Source of the DNA: Actinomycetota bacterium
Lineage (GTDB): Bacteria > Actinomycetota > CADDZG01 > WHSQ01
Direction of reading: 5' to 3'
DNA length: 64,000 bases
Assembly: GCA_035550975.1 (NCBI GenBank)
Contig: DASZOC010000016.1
Span: forward strand, 13,073-77,072
Part shown: positions 18,117 to 27,456 of the stretch, piece by piece
Position numbering within the stretch: the stretch's first letter is position 1
Layout: every line of letters starts with the position of its first letter
Notes under the pieces: model-generated
What the model was told of the DNA's origin: nothing
The model's database searches: none
What the model saw: the letters and a program-made list of their open reading frames with translations, nothing else
Program-made: the position numbers and the translations under genes

Positions 18117-19424
18117 ATGGATCTGAGGCGGATTGGCGTCGCGACGCTCGTAGCGGGGCTTATGGCCGCGGCTATGGTCCCTGCGAGCGCGGGTGGCGCC
18201 GAGCCGGAACCGCCCCGTACCGAGTTCGAGGAAAGCGGCGGCGCCGAGTGGACGTCGCACGAGGGCGAGCTGTCGTTCCTCCCGGCGGTAGACAAAGCCT
18301 CCAACCGCGTCGAGATCGACACGATCGGCACGACCAAACGCGGCCGCCCCGTCCACCTCGTGCGCATGGGGCACCCCGCCCCCGCGCCGCGCGCCCTCGC
18401 GTTGCGGCGCCCGCCGACGTTGTTCGTGTGTAGCCAGCACGGGAACGAACCTGCGGGCCGCGAAGCCTGCCTCCAGCGCCTGCGCGATCTCGCGTTCACC
18501 GACGATCCTCAGCTCGTGGCTCAGCTGAAGGCGCAGACGATCCTGTTCGTGCCCTCTGCGAACCCCGACGGGCGCGAGTCGAACTCGCGCGGCAACTCCG
18601 ACGGTACCGACATCAACCGCGACCACCTCCATCTCGCTACTCCCGAGGCTCGCGCGATCGCCGCCGTGGTACGTGACTGGGAGCCGGAGGCCGTCGTCGA
18701 CCTCCACGAATACGGCCCCGCGATCCCCGCGGTCTACGACGACGAGGTCCTCGTGCTGTGGCCGCGCAACCTCAACGTGGATGAAGACGTGCATGCGCAG
18801 GCGAAAGACCTCGCGCTCGAGTACATCGCGAAGGACGAGGAGGAAGCCGGCTACTCGACCGATGAGTACGGGATGTACGAGGTCGCCGGCCACGACATCC
18901 ATCAGGCCGCAGGTGACGGCGACGAAGGCATCGCACGCAACGCGATGGGATTACGACACTCGCTCGGGATCCTCGTGGAGAGCCGGGTCAACAGTGACGT
19001 ACGCAACGGTCCGCAGGAATTGAACGACCCCGCCGTCAGGCTGCGGCGAGTCGCATCCCAAAACGTGGCGATCGACGCGACGCTCCGCTTCATGCGCGAG
19101 CGTGGGGAGAAGGTGGCGCGTGTGACCGCCACCGCGCGCCGGCGCGCGATAGAGGAGGGCCGGCTGCGCCGCGAACCCGTCTATTTCGGCGGCGCCGACA
19201 ACAGCGAGCCGTCGGAGGACGAGATCCAGGATCCTCCGCCGTGTGGTTACGAGCTCACGAAGGAACAGCTGGGCCAGGTCAAGCAGACGATGAGGCTGCT
19301 GGACATCGTCACGCGCGGCACCTACGTCTCCATGGCGCAGGAGGCCGAGCCCCTGATCGCGTTGGTGCTCGACGAGCGCGGCGAGCGGCATTCGGTGGCC
19401 GCGGCCCCCGACATGGAGTGTTGA
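18117..19424 (+). CDS. Secreted zinc carboxypeptidase, peptidase M14 family
   Basis: ATG 18117 follows GGGAGGAG. Signal peptide MDLRRIGVATLVAGLMAAAMVPASAGG. Zinc motif SQHGNEPAG and NPDGRE. Confidence 0.8.
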   Translation: MDLRRIGVATLVAGLMAAAMVPASAGGAEPEPPRTEFEESGGAEWTSHEGELSFLPAVDKASNRVEIDTIGTTKRGRPVHLVRMGHPAPAPRALALRRPPTLFVCSQHGNEPAGREACLQRLRDLAFTDDPQLVAQLKAQTILFVPSANPDGRESNSRGNSDGTDINRDHLHLATPEARAIAAVVRDWEPEAVVDLHEYGPAIPAVYDDEVLVLWPRNLNVDEDVHAQAKDLALEYIAKDEEEAGYSTDEYGMYEVAGHDIHQAAGDGDEGIARNAMGLRHSLGILVESRVNSDVRNGPQELNDPAVRLRRVASQNVAIDATLRFMRERGEKVARVTATARRRAIEEGRLRREPVYFGGADNSEPSEDEIQDPPPCGYELTKEQLGQVKQTMRLLDIVTRGTYVSMAQEAEPLIALVLDERGERHSVAAAPDMEC

Positions 19425-19496
19425 CCCCCGCCTGAAGAACGAGTCTCGATGAGTCGCGGAGAACCCGCACGACGTGATGCACGCGGCGGGCGGAAA

Positions 19497-19985
19497 CTAC
19501 GCTTGCGCCAGCAGGCCCTTGAGGTCGAGCGGCAGCGTGGCCATGGCGAGCGAGCCGTCGACGTTGCGTGGCCACTCCTCTTTCGGACGGTCGACGTAGA
19601 GCTCGATCCCGTTGCCGTCGGGATCGGCGAGATAGATCGCCTCGCTGACCCCGTGATCTGATGCGCCGTCGATCGGCCATCCCGACTCGAGCAACCGCTT
19701 GAGCGCGGCCGCCAGCGCGGCGCGGTCCGGATACAAGATCGCGAAATGGAACAGCCCCGTCGTTCCGGGTGCGGGTGGTGAACCGCCTCGACTCTGCCAC
19801 GTGTTCAGCCCGATGTGATGGTGGTAGCCGCCGGCGGACATGAACGCGGCGTCGGTCCCGTATCGGCTCTGGACCTCGAACCCGAGCTTCTCGCGGTAGA
19901 ACGCGACCGCACGCTCGAGGTCGGACACCTTCAGGTGAACGTGGCCGATCGAGGTCCCTGCAGGGGCTACGTAGTCGTCGTCCAT
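19497..19985 (-). CDS. VOC family protein (glyoxalase/extradiol dioxygenase-like)
   Basis: IGHVHLKVSDLERAVAFYREKLGFEV, with a second His/Glu-bearing half. Confidence 0.75.
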   Translation of the reverse strand: MDDDYVAPAGTSIGHVHLKVSDLERAVAFYREKLGFEVQSRYGTDAAFMSAGGYHHHIGLNTWQSRGGSPPAPGTTGLFHFAILYPDRAALAAALKRLLESGWPIDGASDHGVSEAIYLADPDGNGIELYVDRPKEEWPRNVDGSLAMATLPLDLKGLLAQA

Positions 19986-20024
19986 GTCTCCTAGAACCAG
20001 CGCGTCAGGCTGATATTCCGCCGG

Positions 20025-21320
20025 CTACGCGACCAGTGGTTGGCCCAGCAGGACGAGGGTCCCGACGGTGAAGATGCTCATCAGCACGGTCAGCGCGATC
20101 TGGCTGCGAACGGCGGCCTCGTGTCCCCCGGCACGACGCAACGCGATGCGATGACCCGTGAGGACGCCGAGGACGTGGCCCCCGATGATCAGCGCGATCT
20201 CGATGAACCACACGAGCGCCGGCGAGGGCAGATATCCGGAGAACGCGGTCGCCGTCCCGAACAGGTTCCAGCCGCGCTCGAACGGGTCGGAGAGAGCCGC
20301 TATGAGCCTCGGCACCCCGATCATCAGAAGCGGCGCGTTGTGAGCGAGGAGGTACGCGACGCCGATCGGGATCAAGCTCCACGCGAAGTGACGCATCTCG
20401 GTGCCAATCCGCGCGTCCGCGCGGATCGACCGCGCCGTCACCCACATCGTGAGCGCGTAAGGCAGCAAGAACACCCCCGCGAACAGAACCAGGGCCAAAG
20501 AGTCGACGATCTGGCTCGGAACGTCGCCGACGCGCGCGGCCTCTAGGAACTGGTGCCAGTGGGTCGTCTCGCGCACGTTGTCGAGGGTCGTCGCGCCCAA
20601 CAGGACGAACAGCGATGCAAATACAGGCTTTGAGGGCTGTTCGGGCCGGTCGAGCTCCGTCAACCAGCCGCGGTAACGAAGCCCGCGCTCGTCCAGTCGC
20701 AGAGGAGCGCACGCGCCGGCGAAACCGAACAACAACGACAGCGGGTCGGTCTCGGACCAGCGATCGCCCCATCTCGCGCGGAACGTGAAGACGAACAACG
20801 AATACGCGAGCAGCACGCCGACCACGGGGACCGCGTCGAAACCGATCCCGGAAACGAGCTCGAACCAGAACAGCCCGTAGAGGAGGACCGGCCCCACCCA
20901 CCACGACGGGACCGAGGTCGCTTCGGGCGCTTCGAGCCGGTAGAAGCCCTCGATCGTCCTCCACGGGTCGACGGCGCCCCAGTAGCCCGACACCAGAGCG
21001 TTGACGGCGGCGACGCCGATTATGAGCGCGATCCAGAACCACAACGGAGCGAAGCTGAGGCCGCGGTCGCGCACGAGCACCCCCGCCAGGATCGCGAGGA
21101 ACAACCCCACGAGCGCGGCCACGCGCAACACGCGGACGACGACCGCCGACGCGCGGGCGTCCACGAGTAGACGTGGAGGACGCTCGACCGGCTCCGTCTT
21201 GACCACCGCGCGCAGGACGAAGGAAAGAAGGACGGTGATCGCGGCCCCGACGCCGTACAACCACACCGGCAACGGCGCCTCGTAGACACGTCCGACGCCA
21301 TGAGCGAGATCGACGATCAC
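20025..21320 (-). CDS. Conserved polytopic membrane protein in a copper-associated context; function unknown
   Basis: The GTG start at 21320 overlaps the copC stop (GTGA). The N-terminal AHGVG...PLPVWLYG motif is followed by about 10 hydrophobic segments. The upstream 108 aa of the maximal ORF are Arg-rich junk. Confidence 0.55.
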   Translation of the reverse strand: MIVDLAHGVGRVYEAPLPVWLYGVGAAITVLLSFVLRAVVKTEPVERPPRLLVDARASAVVVRVLRVAALVGLFLAILAGVLVRDRGLSFAPLWFWIALIIGVAAVNALVSGYWGAVDPWRTIEGFYRLEAPEATSVPSWWVGPVLLYGLFWFELVSGIGFDAVPVVGVLLAYSLFVFTFRARWGDRWSETDPLSLLFGFAGACAPLRLDERGLRYRGWLTELDRPEQPSKPVFASLFVLLGATTLDNVRETTHWHQFLEAARVGDVPSQIVDSLALVLFAGVFLLPYALTMWVTARSIRADARIGTEMRHFAWSLIPIGVAYLLAHNAPLLMIGVPRLIAALSDPFERGWNLFGTATAFSGYLPSPALVWFIEIALIIGGHVLGVLTGHRIALRRAGGHEAAVRSQIALTVLMSIFTVGTLVLLGQPLVA

Positions 21321-21832
21321 GCGGAACGCGACGCGATGAGGCGAACGACTACCGCAGCGACGACCACCCCGGCTCCGATCAGGACGGGGACGATCGGGAA
21401 TCCTTCCGGTTCCTCTCCTACCGGCGGTGGTGGCTGTGCGACATCTTCCGTAGGGCCCGGCTCCGCGCGATCGCAGTGCTTGACACCTCGGACCTTGAAC
21501 GAGAAGTTGCCTCGCGTCGCGTGACCGTCTACCGCCGAGATCACACGATACGTCACCGTCCAGCGGCCGGACTCCCCCTCCTTCACCTGGAGTTCCACGT
21601 CGCCGCGGCGGCGGTCGAGGCTGGCGAAGACGTCGTCTCCGCACCCGTCGAGCACCTCGAAACGACCGTCGTCCGTCGGCGCTTCGGTGAACGTGATTCG
21701 AACGCTCTTCGGCGGCCTCTCGACCGCCGTTCCCCGCTCCGGGTCGGTCGACTGCAGGTCGCCGTGCGCGACCGCAGGTCCGGACATCGCCACGAGGACG
21801 AAGGCGACGAAAAAGATGCGCGTGAGTCTCAT
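21317..21832 (-). CDS. copC: CopC-domain copper-binding protein with a C-terminal membrane anchor
   Basis: Signal peptide MRLTRIFFVAFVLVAMSGPAVA, then a mature N-terminus HGDLQSTDP and a CopC beta-sandwich length. A Pro-rich linker and TM helix follow. The ATG at 21832 overlaps the thpR stop (ATGA). Confidence 0.8.
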   Translation of the reverse strand: MRLTRIFFVAFVLVAMSGPAVAHGDLQSTDPERGTAVERPPKSVRITFTEAPTDDGRFEVLDGCGDDVFASLDRRRGDVELQVKEGESGRWTVTYRVISAVDGHATRGNFSFKVRGVKHCDRAEPGPTEDVAQPPPPVGEEPEGFPIVPVLIGAGVVVAAVVVRLIASRSA

Positions 21833-22404
21833 CGCGTCGAGCCTAGGGGAAACGCGCACAACACCTCGTAACGCGCGCCTTTGGGTGACACGTGACTGCG
21901 GTACAGAACGATCTCGTTGACATCGAACGGCTCGATGCCGGTCGTATCCACAGATGGGAACCCGCTCTTCAACGGGATCGGCATCTTGAAGCGCGCCAGC
22001 GTGAGGTGAGGCTGGTAGGCGCGCCCCTCGGAGGGGAAGCCGAGCGACTCGAAGGAGCGATCGAGGTCTCCCGCCACTGCCGCGAGCAAGCCCGCGGGAT
22101 CGTCGACGCCGATCCACAGGACGCGGATACGCGTCCTTGACGGGAACGCGCCTAGATCTGTCAACGACATCCGCGCGGGCGCATGACTCGATGCAACCAT
22201 CGTGCAGACCTTCTCGATCGCGCCGAGACGATCGACCGGCGTGGAGCCGAGGAACTTCAGCGTGAGGTGCTGGTTCGCGGGTGGGGTCCAGCGGGCGTTC
22301 GACAACTTGTCGCGCAAGTCCTCGACCAACGCCGCGACCGCGTCGAGCCGATCGGAGGGGATGCGAGCTGCGACGAAGAGCCTGATGCGCTCCGGGTCCG
22401 TCAC
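21829..22404 (-). CDS. thpR: RNA 2',3'-cyclic phosphodiesterase (2H / LigT family)
   Basis: Two HxTx motifs, HLTLKF and HLTLARF, in a 191-aa protein. Confidence 0.85.
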   Translation of the reverse strand: MTDPERIRLFVAARIPSDRLDAVAALVEDLRDKLSNARWTPPANQHLTLKFLGSTPVDRLGAIEKVCTMVASSHAPARMSLTDLGAFPSRTRIRVLWIGVDDPAGLLAAVAGDLDRSFESLGFPSEGRAYQPHLTLARFKMPIPLKSGFPSVDTTGIEPFDVNEIVLYRSHVSPKGARYEVLCAFPLGSTR

Positions 22405-23633
22405 GCTTGCTGCACGATGCGACGGCCGAGGTCGAGCGCGGCCGTCGCCGCGATCCGACGGATGTTCTCGCGGTCGCCGTACCCCTGCGCCCGCTTGACC
22501 TCGGTGCGGCCCCCGAAGGTCGCGCCGACGAAGATCGTGCCGACCGGCATTCCCTCCTGCTCCGCGGGCCCCGCGACGCCCGTCGCGCTGATGCCGAGCT
22601 CGGCGCCGAACCGCAGCGCAGCTCCTTCGGCGAGTGCCACGGCGGCCTCCTCGCTGACGGCGCCGGGTCCGTCGAGGATCGCTTCTGGGACACCGGCAAC
22701 ATCACGTTTCGCGTCGTAGGTGTAGCAGACGAGAGACCCGGAGAAGAACTCGCTCGCGCCCCCCGCGGCGGTGAGCTCGGAGCCGATGAGCCCGCCCGTG
22801 AGCGACTCCGCTGCCCCAACCTTGGCGTCGCGCCCGCGCAGCAGCTCGGCCAACGCCGCCGCAACGGTCCCGTGGTTGCCGGGCAACGCATCGAGGCCGA
22901 GGCGGGCGCGTACCTCGCCTTCGATGGGAGCGATCAGCGCGAGCGCTTCGCTCTCCGAGCCTGCCCGGGCGCTGATGCGTACCCGGACGACGCCGGAGCC
23001 GGCGAGATACGCGATCGTCGGATTGCTCTGCGCCTCGACCAGGTCGGCGATCTTGTCGTGGGTGTGGCTCTCCCCCAGTCCGACCACGAGCACCTGCCGG
23101 CTCGCGATCACACCGCCCCCGCCACGGTCGCTCAGGATCGGCGCGACCGTCTTGAACAGCATCGCTTCCATCTCCCATGGAACGCCCGGCAGCGCGAAGA
23201 CGATGCACCCGTCGTGCTCGAGCACGAAGCCGGGCGCGGTTCCCTCCGGCTGGATCGCCGTCGCACCGGTGGGAAGGTCCGCCTGGCGCAGGTTCGCCTC
23301 CGGCATCGCTCTCCGGATCCGGCTGAAGATCTCGGTCACTTTCTGTTCCAGCGCGGGGTCACGCTTCAGCTCGAGGCCGAACGCTTGCGCGACGCCCTCG
23401 CGTGTGAGGTCGTCGGGCGTGGGACCGAGGCCGCCGGTGATCACGACCGCGTCGGATCGGCGGGCCGCCGTCCGAATCGTCTCCGCGACGCGTTCGAGGT
23501 TGTCTCCGACGACGGAGTGGAAATAGACGTTCACGCCGATCGCGGCCAGTGCCTCGGATATGCGTTGCGCATTCGTGTTCGCGATCTGCCCCAAGAGCAG
23601 CTCGGTCCCGACCCCGACGATCTCGGCGTTCAT
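22401..23633 (-). CDS. cinA: CinA family protein (MoCF-like domain plus nicotinamide-nucleotide amidohydrolase PncC domain)
   Basis: MNAEIVGVGTELLLGQIANTNAQ.. with a C-terminal AESLTGGL motif. The ATG at 23633 overlaps the pgsA stop. Confidence 0.85.
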   Translation of the reverse strand: MNAEIVGVGTELLLGQIANTNAQRISEALAAIGVNVYFHSVVGDNLERVAETIRTAARRSDAVVITGGLGPTPDDLTREGVAQAFGLELKRDPALEQKVTEIFSRIRRAMPEANLRQADLPTGATAIQPEGTAPGFVLEHDGCIVFALPGVPWEMEAMLFKTVAPILSDRGGGGVIASRQVLVVGLGESHTHDKIADLVEAQSNPTIAYLAGSGVVRVRISARAGSESEALALIAPIEGEVRARLGLDALPGNHGTVAAALAELLRGRDAKVGAAESLTGGLIGSELTAAGGASEFFSGSLVCYTYDAKRDVAGVPEAILDGPGAVSEEAAVALAEGAALRFGAELGISATGVAGPAEQEGMPVGTIFVGATFGGRTEVKRAQGYGDRENIRRIAATAALDLGRRIVQQA

Positions 23634-24157
23634 GCGGCCGTCTTTACCCTCCGGGCACCGACGAAATACTCCGTGCCTGAGATCACCGAGACGACGAGGG
23701 CCAGCCCGAGAAGGATCCCGTGGCCGACGTTGATGCCGCCCCACGGGAGGAGCCACCAGGACACGAGGATGATCTGCAGGATCGTCTTGGCCTTGCCGCT
23801 CGCCGACGACGGGAGCGTCCCGCCGCGGTTGACGATCGTCGTGCGCAGCACCTGGACGAAGACCTCACGCGCCGCCAGGATGACCGCGGCCCACAGCGGG
23901 AAACGGAGCTCGGCGACGAGCGCGACGAGCGCCGCTCCGATCAAGAGCTTGTCCGCGGTCGGATCCAGAAACTGGCCGAGGCGGGTGATCTGGTCGTTGC
24001 GGCGCGCGAGGTAGCCGTCGACGAGGTCGGAGATCGACGCCACCAGGAACAGGACGAAGGCCGCGACACGCGCGGCGTTCGAGTTCCCGAAGGCGACCAC
24101 CAAGAACACCGGAACGAGCAGCACGCGCGCGATCGTGATCGCGTTCGGGATATTCAC
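23630..24157 (-). CDS. pgsA: CDP-diacylglycerol--glycerol-3-phosphate 3-phosphatidyltransferase
   Basis: CDP-alcohol phosphatidyltransferase motif DLVDGYLARR..G..LDPTADK. Confidence 0.9.
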   Translation of the reverse strand: MNIPNAITIARVLLVPVFLVVAFGNSNAARVAAFVLFLVASISDLVDGYLARRNDQITRLGQFLDPTADKLLIGAALVALVAELRFPLWAAVILAAREVFVQVLRTTIVNRGGTLPSSASGKAKTILQIILVSWWLLPWGGINVGHGILLGLALVVSVISGTEYFVGARRVKTAA

Positions 24158-24252
24158 GCACGGCAGGCTACCGCTGCGCCGTCGCGGTCAACGGCGTCGG
24201 CTCGCCCTCGACGGCGACCGTCAACCGCGGCGGCGGCAGCTCGGCAAGTTCT

Positions 24253-25854
24253 CTAACGCAGCCGGGGAGGCAACGGCATCCTGATGGTCCGCTCGGCGAT
24301 CGTCTGGGTGTCGACGGTCAGGTACGCGATCCTTCCCCTGTCGTTGCCTGGCGTCGTCTTCGGAAGCGCGCGGTCTCGCTCGAAGCGCAGGAACGGAAGC
24401 TTGAAGCCTCCGTAGGCGGTGACAGACGACTCGGTGGTGCCGGGGTCGAACCACGAGTTGTCCGCCCCCGAGATCAGCACGCCGATCCGGTGCCCTTTCT
24501 CTAGCACCCAGTCCTGGGGATATAGCTCGAACCGAACGCGGGCCTCGGTGAGCGGATCGGTGATGGCGCCATCACCCTCGACGAGGGCGGCGCCGCGCGA
24601 GACGAGTGTCGCTCGTGTCCCGTCGACGTCGAACAGACGAGCGTGTACATGGATGCCGGAGAGACTCGAGTCCACGCGCAGATCCATCTTCGGGACGCCG
24701 GAGACGTGCACGTCGTACGGCATCGGTTGACTGAACGACCATGTCCCGCGCTGCGAGGCCGCTCCCGTGTCGTCGGCGTAGGAGTCCTGGTACGTGCCGG
24801 GCTTAACGGGCAGCATCCGGTATGTCGAATCCGCCGGCGGCCACTGACGTTCGGTCCGCCAGACGCCCTTCGACCCTTCTTGGATCTCGACCGGCGGATC
24901 GGCCGGCGGGTTCTTCCCCTGCAGGAAGCGGTCGAAGAAGTGCACGACCTCTTCGTAGAAGCGCTCGTTGCCGCTGGCCCTGTCGGGGATGCGGTGGATG
25001 AACTGGCCGAACCACGCGCGCTTATATCCGTCGAGCGCGGAGTAGACGTCGAGGAAGTTGTCGGGCTTCGTCTGCGGATCGAGGAGGCCATGGCTCCACA
25101 GCGTCGGCACCTTGCTGTTGCCGGCCTTCTTGATCAGGTTCCGGACCTTCCAGTACGACGTCGAAGGATCGTGGCGCGCTGTCTCGTAGGTGTTCTCGGG
25201 ATAACAGGTCGCGCTGTCTTCGGTCGGAGCCCCGGGAGAGGTCAGATCGATCGCGCCGTAGAGGCCCGGCGTCGCGTGCCATCCCCCCGCGTAGTGGACG
25301 CCGTTCATGTAAAGGCCGCGATAGGCGCTGATCAACGGAGACGACACGACCGCAGCCGACAGCGGAGCTTTCCCGGCGTAAGCCATCATCTGGGTCCACG
25401 CGTCGTAGCTGATGCCGTAGGTCCCGACCTTGCCGGTCGACCACTCCTGGCCGGCGGCCCACTCGACGGCGGCAACGGCGTCCATCTGCTCGCCCGGACC
25501 GCCGAAGTCGCCGCACCCGTCGCTCTTCCCGTAACCGCGCAGGCTCGCTTGGACGACCGTGTACCCCTTCTCGAAGACCTGCATCTCGTTGGCGAGCTCG
25601 GGATAGAGCAGCGTCGGGCGGACGCTCAGGTTCAAGAACGACTGGTACGGCGTGATCACGAGGATGACCGGCGTCTTCCCTTTCTCCCCCGCGTCGGCAG
25701 GCCGGAACACCTGGGCGTAGAGCTTCGTGCCGTCCGGCGCCTCGAAATACTGCTCCGACGCGACATACTCGTTCGACGCACCTGCCGTGGGAGCCGCGAT
25801 GACTCCGGCCGCGCCCAGCGCGAGCACGACAAACAACGACACCACTCGCCTCAT
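24253..25854 (-). CDS. Secreted CocE/NonD family hydrolase (X-Pro dipeptidyl-peptidase S15-like)
   Basis: ATG 25854, signal peptide MRRVVSLFVVLALGAAGVIAAPTAGA. Also YTVVQASLRGYGKSDG, GISYDAW and a C-terminal beta-sandwich domain. Confidence 0.75.
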   Translation of the reverse strand: MRRVVSLFVVLALGAAGVIAAPTAGASNEYVASEQYFEAPDGTKLYAQVFRPADAGEKGKTPVILVITPYQSFLNLSVRPTLLYPELANEMQVFEKGYTVVQASLRGYGKSDGCGDFGGPGEQMDAVAAVEWAAGQEWSTGKVGTYGISYDAWTQMMAYAGKAPLSAAVVSSPLISAYRGLYMNGVHYAGGWHATPGLYGAIDLTSPGAPTEDSATCYPENTYETARHDPSTSYWKVRNLIKKAGNSKVPTLWSHGLLDPQTKPDNFLDVYSALDGYKRAWFGQFIHRIPDRASGNERFYEEVVHFFDRFLQGKNPPADPPVEIQEGSKGVWRTERQWPPADSTYRMLPVKPGTYQDSYADDTGAASQRGTWSFSQPMPYDVHVSGVPKMDLRVDSSLSGIHVHARLFDVDGTRATLVSRGAALVEGDGAITDPLTEARVRFELYPQDWVLEKGHRIGVLISGADNSWFDPGTTESSVTAYGGFKLPFLRFERDRALPKTTPGNDRGRIAYLTVDTQTIAERTIRMPLPPRLR

Positions 25855-26015
25855 GCCCCTGCAGCCTTTCTCCGTCCGGTTCGCCCGATTCGTTCGCCAT
25901 AGGACGGATACGTTCCTGCCCACGGACGGGTAACCGCCACCTGCGGGAACATCTGCCGACACCGGGGCGTCATATCGGGCAGACTTAGCCACGAGGAGAG
26001 ACGAGGGAGGCGGAC

Positions 26016-26753
26016 ATGTCGGATCGTCGGACATCGGCAGCGGGTGTCGTCATCGCAGTGGGGCTGGTGGTGGCCGCTCTGGTCGTACCGAGCGCGGGGT
26101 CGGCGCAGACGAGCACCACGACCCAGGACACGGTCACCGTCACGGCGGCAGGCAAGGTCGAGGGCCGGCCCGATATCGCCGCGGTCAGCTTCGGTATCAA
26201 CGGTAAGGCCGCAACGGCGCAGGGTTCGATGGACCTGCTGGCGCAGCGCCAGAACGCGGTGATCGACGCGCTCGAGGGAGGCCTCGGCCTCCCCGACGAC
26301 GCCGTCCGCACCGGCAACATCACCTTGCGCGAGAACTGCCGCTATAGGCGCGCACTCGAGCGGACCGTGTGCAACGGCTACGTCGCCCGCACGACCGTTC
26401 GGGCCGAGACCCGCGACCTCGACCAGGTCGGAGCGATCATCGACGCCGGCATCGCGGCCGGGGCGAACTCTCTGAACGGCGTCTCGTTCGAGCGGACGGA
26501 GAACGACCAGGCGCTACGCGAGGCGCTGGCCCAGGCGATGGAGCTGGCGCGAGGCAAAGCAGAGGCTCTCGCGGCGAGCGCCAACCGCAACCTCGGGCGA
26601 GTCATGGTGATCGAGGAGGGCGGCGCCCGGCGGCCCAGCTTCGGCGCCGGAGACGCTGCGCTCGGAGCCACCTTCGCGGCGAGGGACATCCGGATCGACC
26701 CGCCGAACGAGATCACGCGCGTCACGATCGTAGTCACCTTCGCCCTCGACTGA
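26016..26753 (+). CDS. SIMPL-domain (DUF541) exported protein
   Basis: N-terminal anchor, then ..TVTVTAAGKVEGRPDIAAVSFGI.. and LAQAMELARGKAEALA, typical of DUF541. Confidence 0.7.
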   Translation: MSDRRTSAAGVVIAVGLVVAALVVPSAGSAQTSTTTQDTVTVTAAGKVEGRPDIAAVSFGINGKAATAQGSMDLLAQRQNAVIDALEGGLGLPDDAVRTGNITLRENCRYRRALERTVCNGYVARTTVRAETRDLDQVGAIIDAGIAAGANSLNGVSFERTENDQALREALAQAMELARGKAEALAASANRNLGRVMVIEEGGARRPSFGAGDAALGATFAARDIRIDPPNEITRVTIVVTFALD

Positions 26754-26764
26754 CCTCGCTAATA

Positions 26765-26815
26765 GGAGCGTTGGACGCAGATGCCCTCTCATGAGGTATT
26801 TACGTCCAACGCTCC
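26765..26815. repeat. Palindromic element copy 1 (13-bp perfect outer stem GGAGCGTTGGACG/CGTCCAACGCTCC, inner CTCATGAG palindrome)
   Basis: Lies 12 nt after the SIMPL gene stop. Its core, 26772-26811, is 36/40 identical to 28285-28324. Confidence 0.85.
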
Positions 26816-26857
26816 GCTAGACGGCGGCCAGAGCGCGATCCGGCGTTCGACGTCCCG

Positions 26858-27385
26858 GTGACGGACCGCGTCGTGGTGCGCGACGCCACCCCGGAAGATG
26901 CGCAAGCGATCGCGGTCACGCACATCGCGTGCTGGCAGGAAGCGTACGTCGACCAGCTCCCGCAGGACTTCCTCGACGGGCTATCCGATGGTGTGGAGCG
27001 CCGTCGGGAGTTCTGGGAAGCAGGCGCGCGGGCACCGGGCGATCAGGAAGCGCTGCTCGTGGCGGAGGTCGCGGGTGACGTAGTCGGCTTTGCGCACATC
27101 CGTCCGAGCCGCGACGCTCTAGCGGAAGAGACCACGGGTGAGCTGAGCGCGATCTACCTCCGGAAGTCGTATTGGGGCCGCGGGATCGGTCGGCGATTAC
27201 TCACGGAGGCGACGGATCGACTACGGGCGTGTCGATTCAGGGACGCGACGCTGTGGGTGCTGGACACGAACGAACGCACGCGCCGCTTCTACGAAGCCGC
27301 CGGATGGGTGCTAGACGGCAGCGAGCAACCGGATCAGATCGGCGACACCTCCGTACGCGAGGTGCGCTACCGGGTAACCCTCTAG
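26858..27385 (+). CDS. GNAT family N-acetyltransferase
   Basis: Acetyl-CoA motif YWGRGIGRRLL in a 175-aa product with a GTG start. Confidence 0.8.
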   Translation: MTDRVVVRDATPEDAQAIAVTHIACWQEAYVDQLPQDFLDGLSDGVERRREFWEAGARAPGDQEALLVAEVAGDVVGFAHIRPSRDALAEETTGELSAIYLRKSYWGRGIGRRLLTEATDRLRACRFRDATLWVLDTNERTRRFYEAAGWVLDGSEQPDQIGDTSVREVRYRVTL

Positions 27386-27399
27386 ATCGCGGGCCGCGG

Positions 27400-27428
27400 T
27401 TGACTTCGTAGGAGTTTCGTAATAGGTT
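27400..27428 (+). promoter_or_regulatory. Candidate sigma-A type promoter for padR (TTGACT-17 nt-TAGGTT)
   Basis: The hexamers sit in an unusually AT-rich 60-nt stretch and overlap three TTCGTA direct repeats. The GTAGGAGG RBS and ATG 27457 lie downstream. Confidence 0.45.
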
Positions 27429-27456
27429 TCGTAAGTCATCCGTAGGAGGCTTGCGA

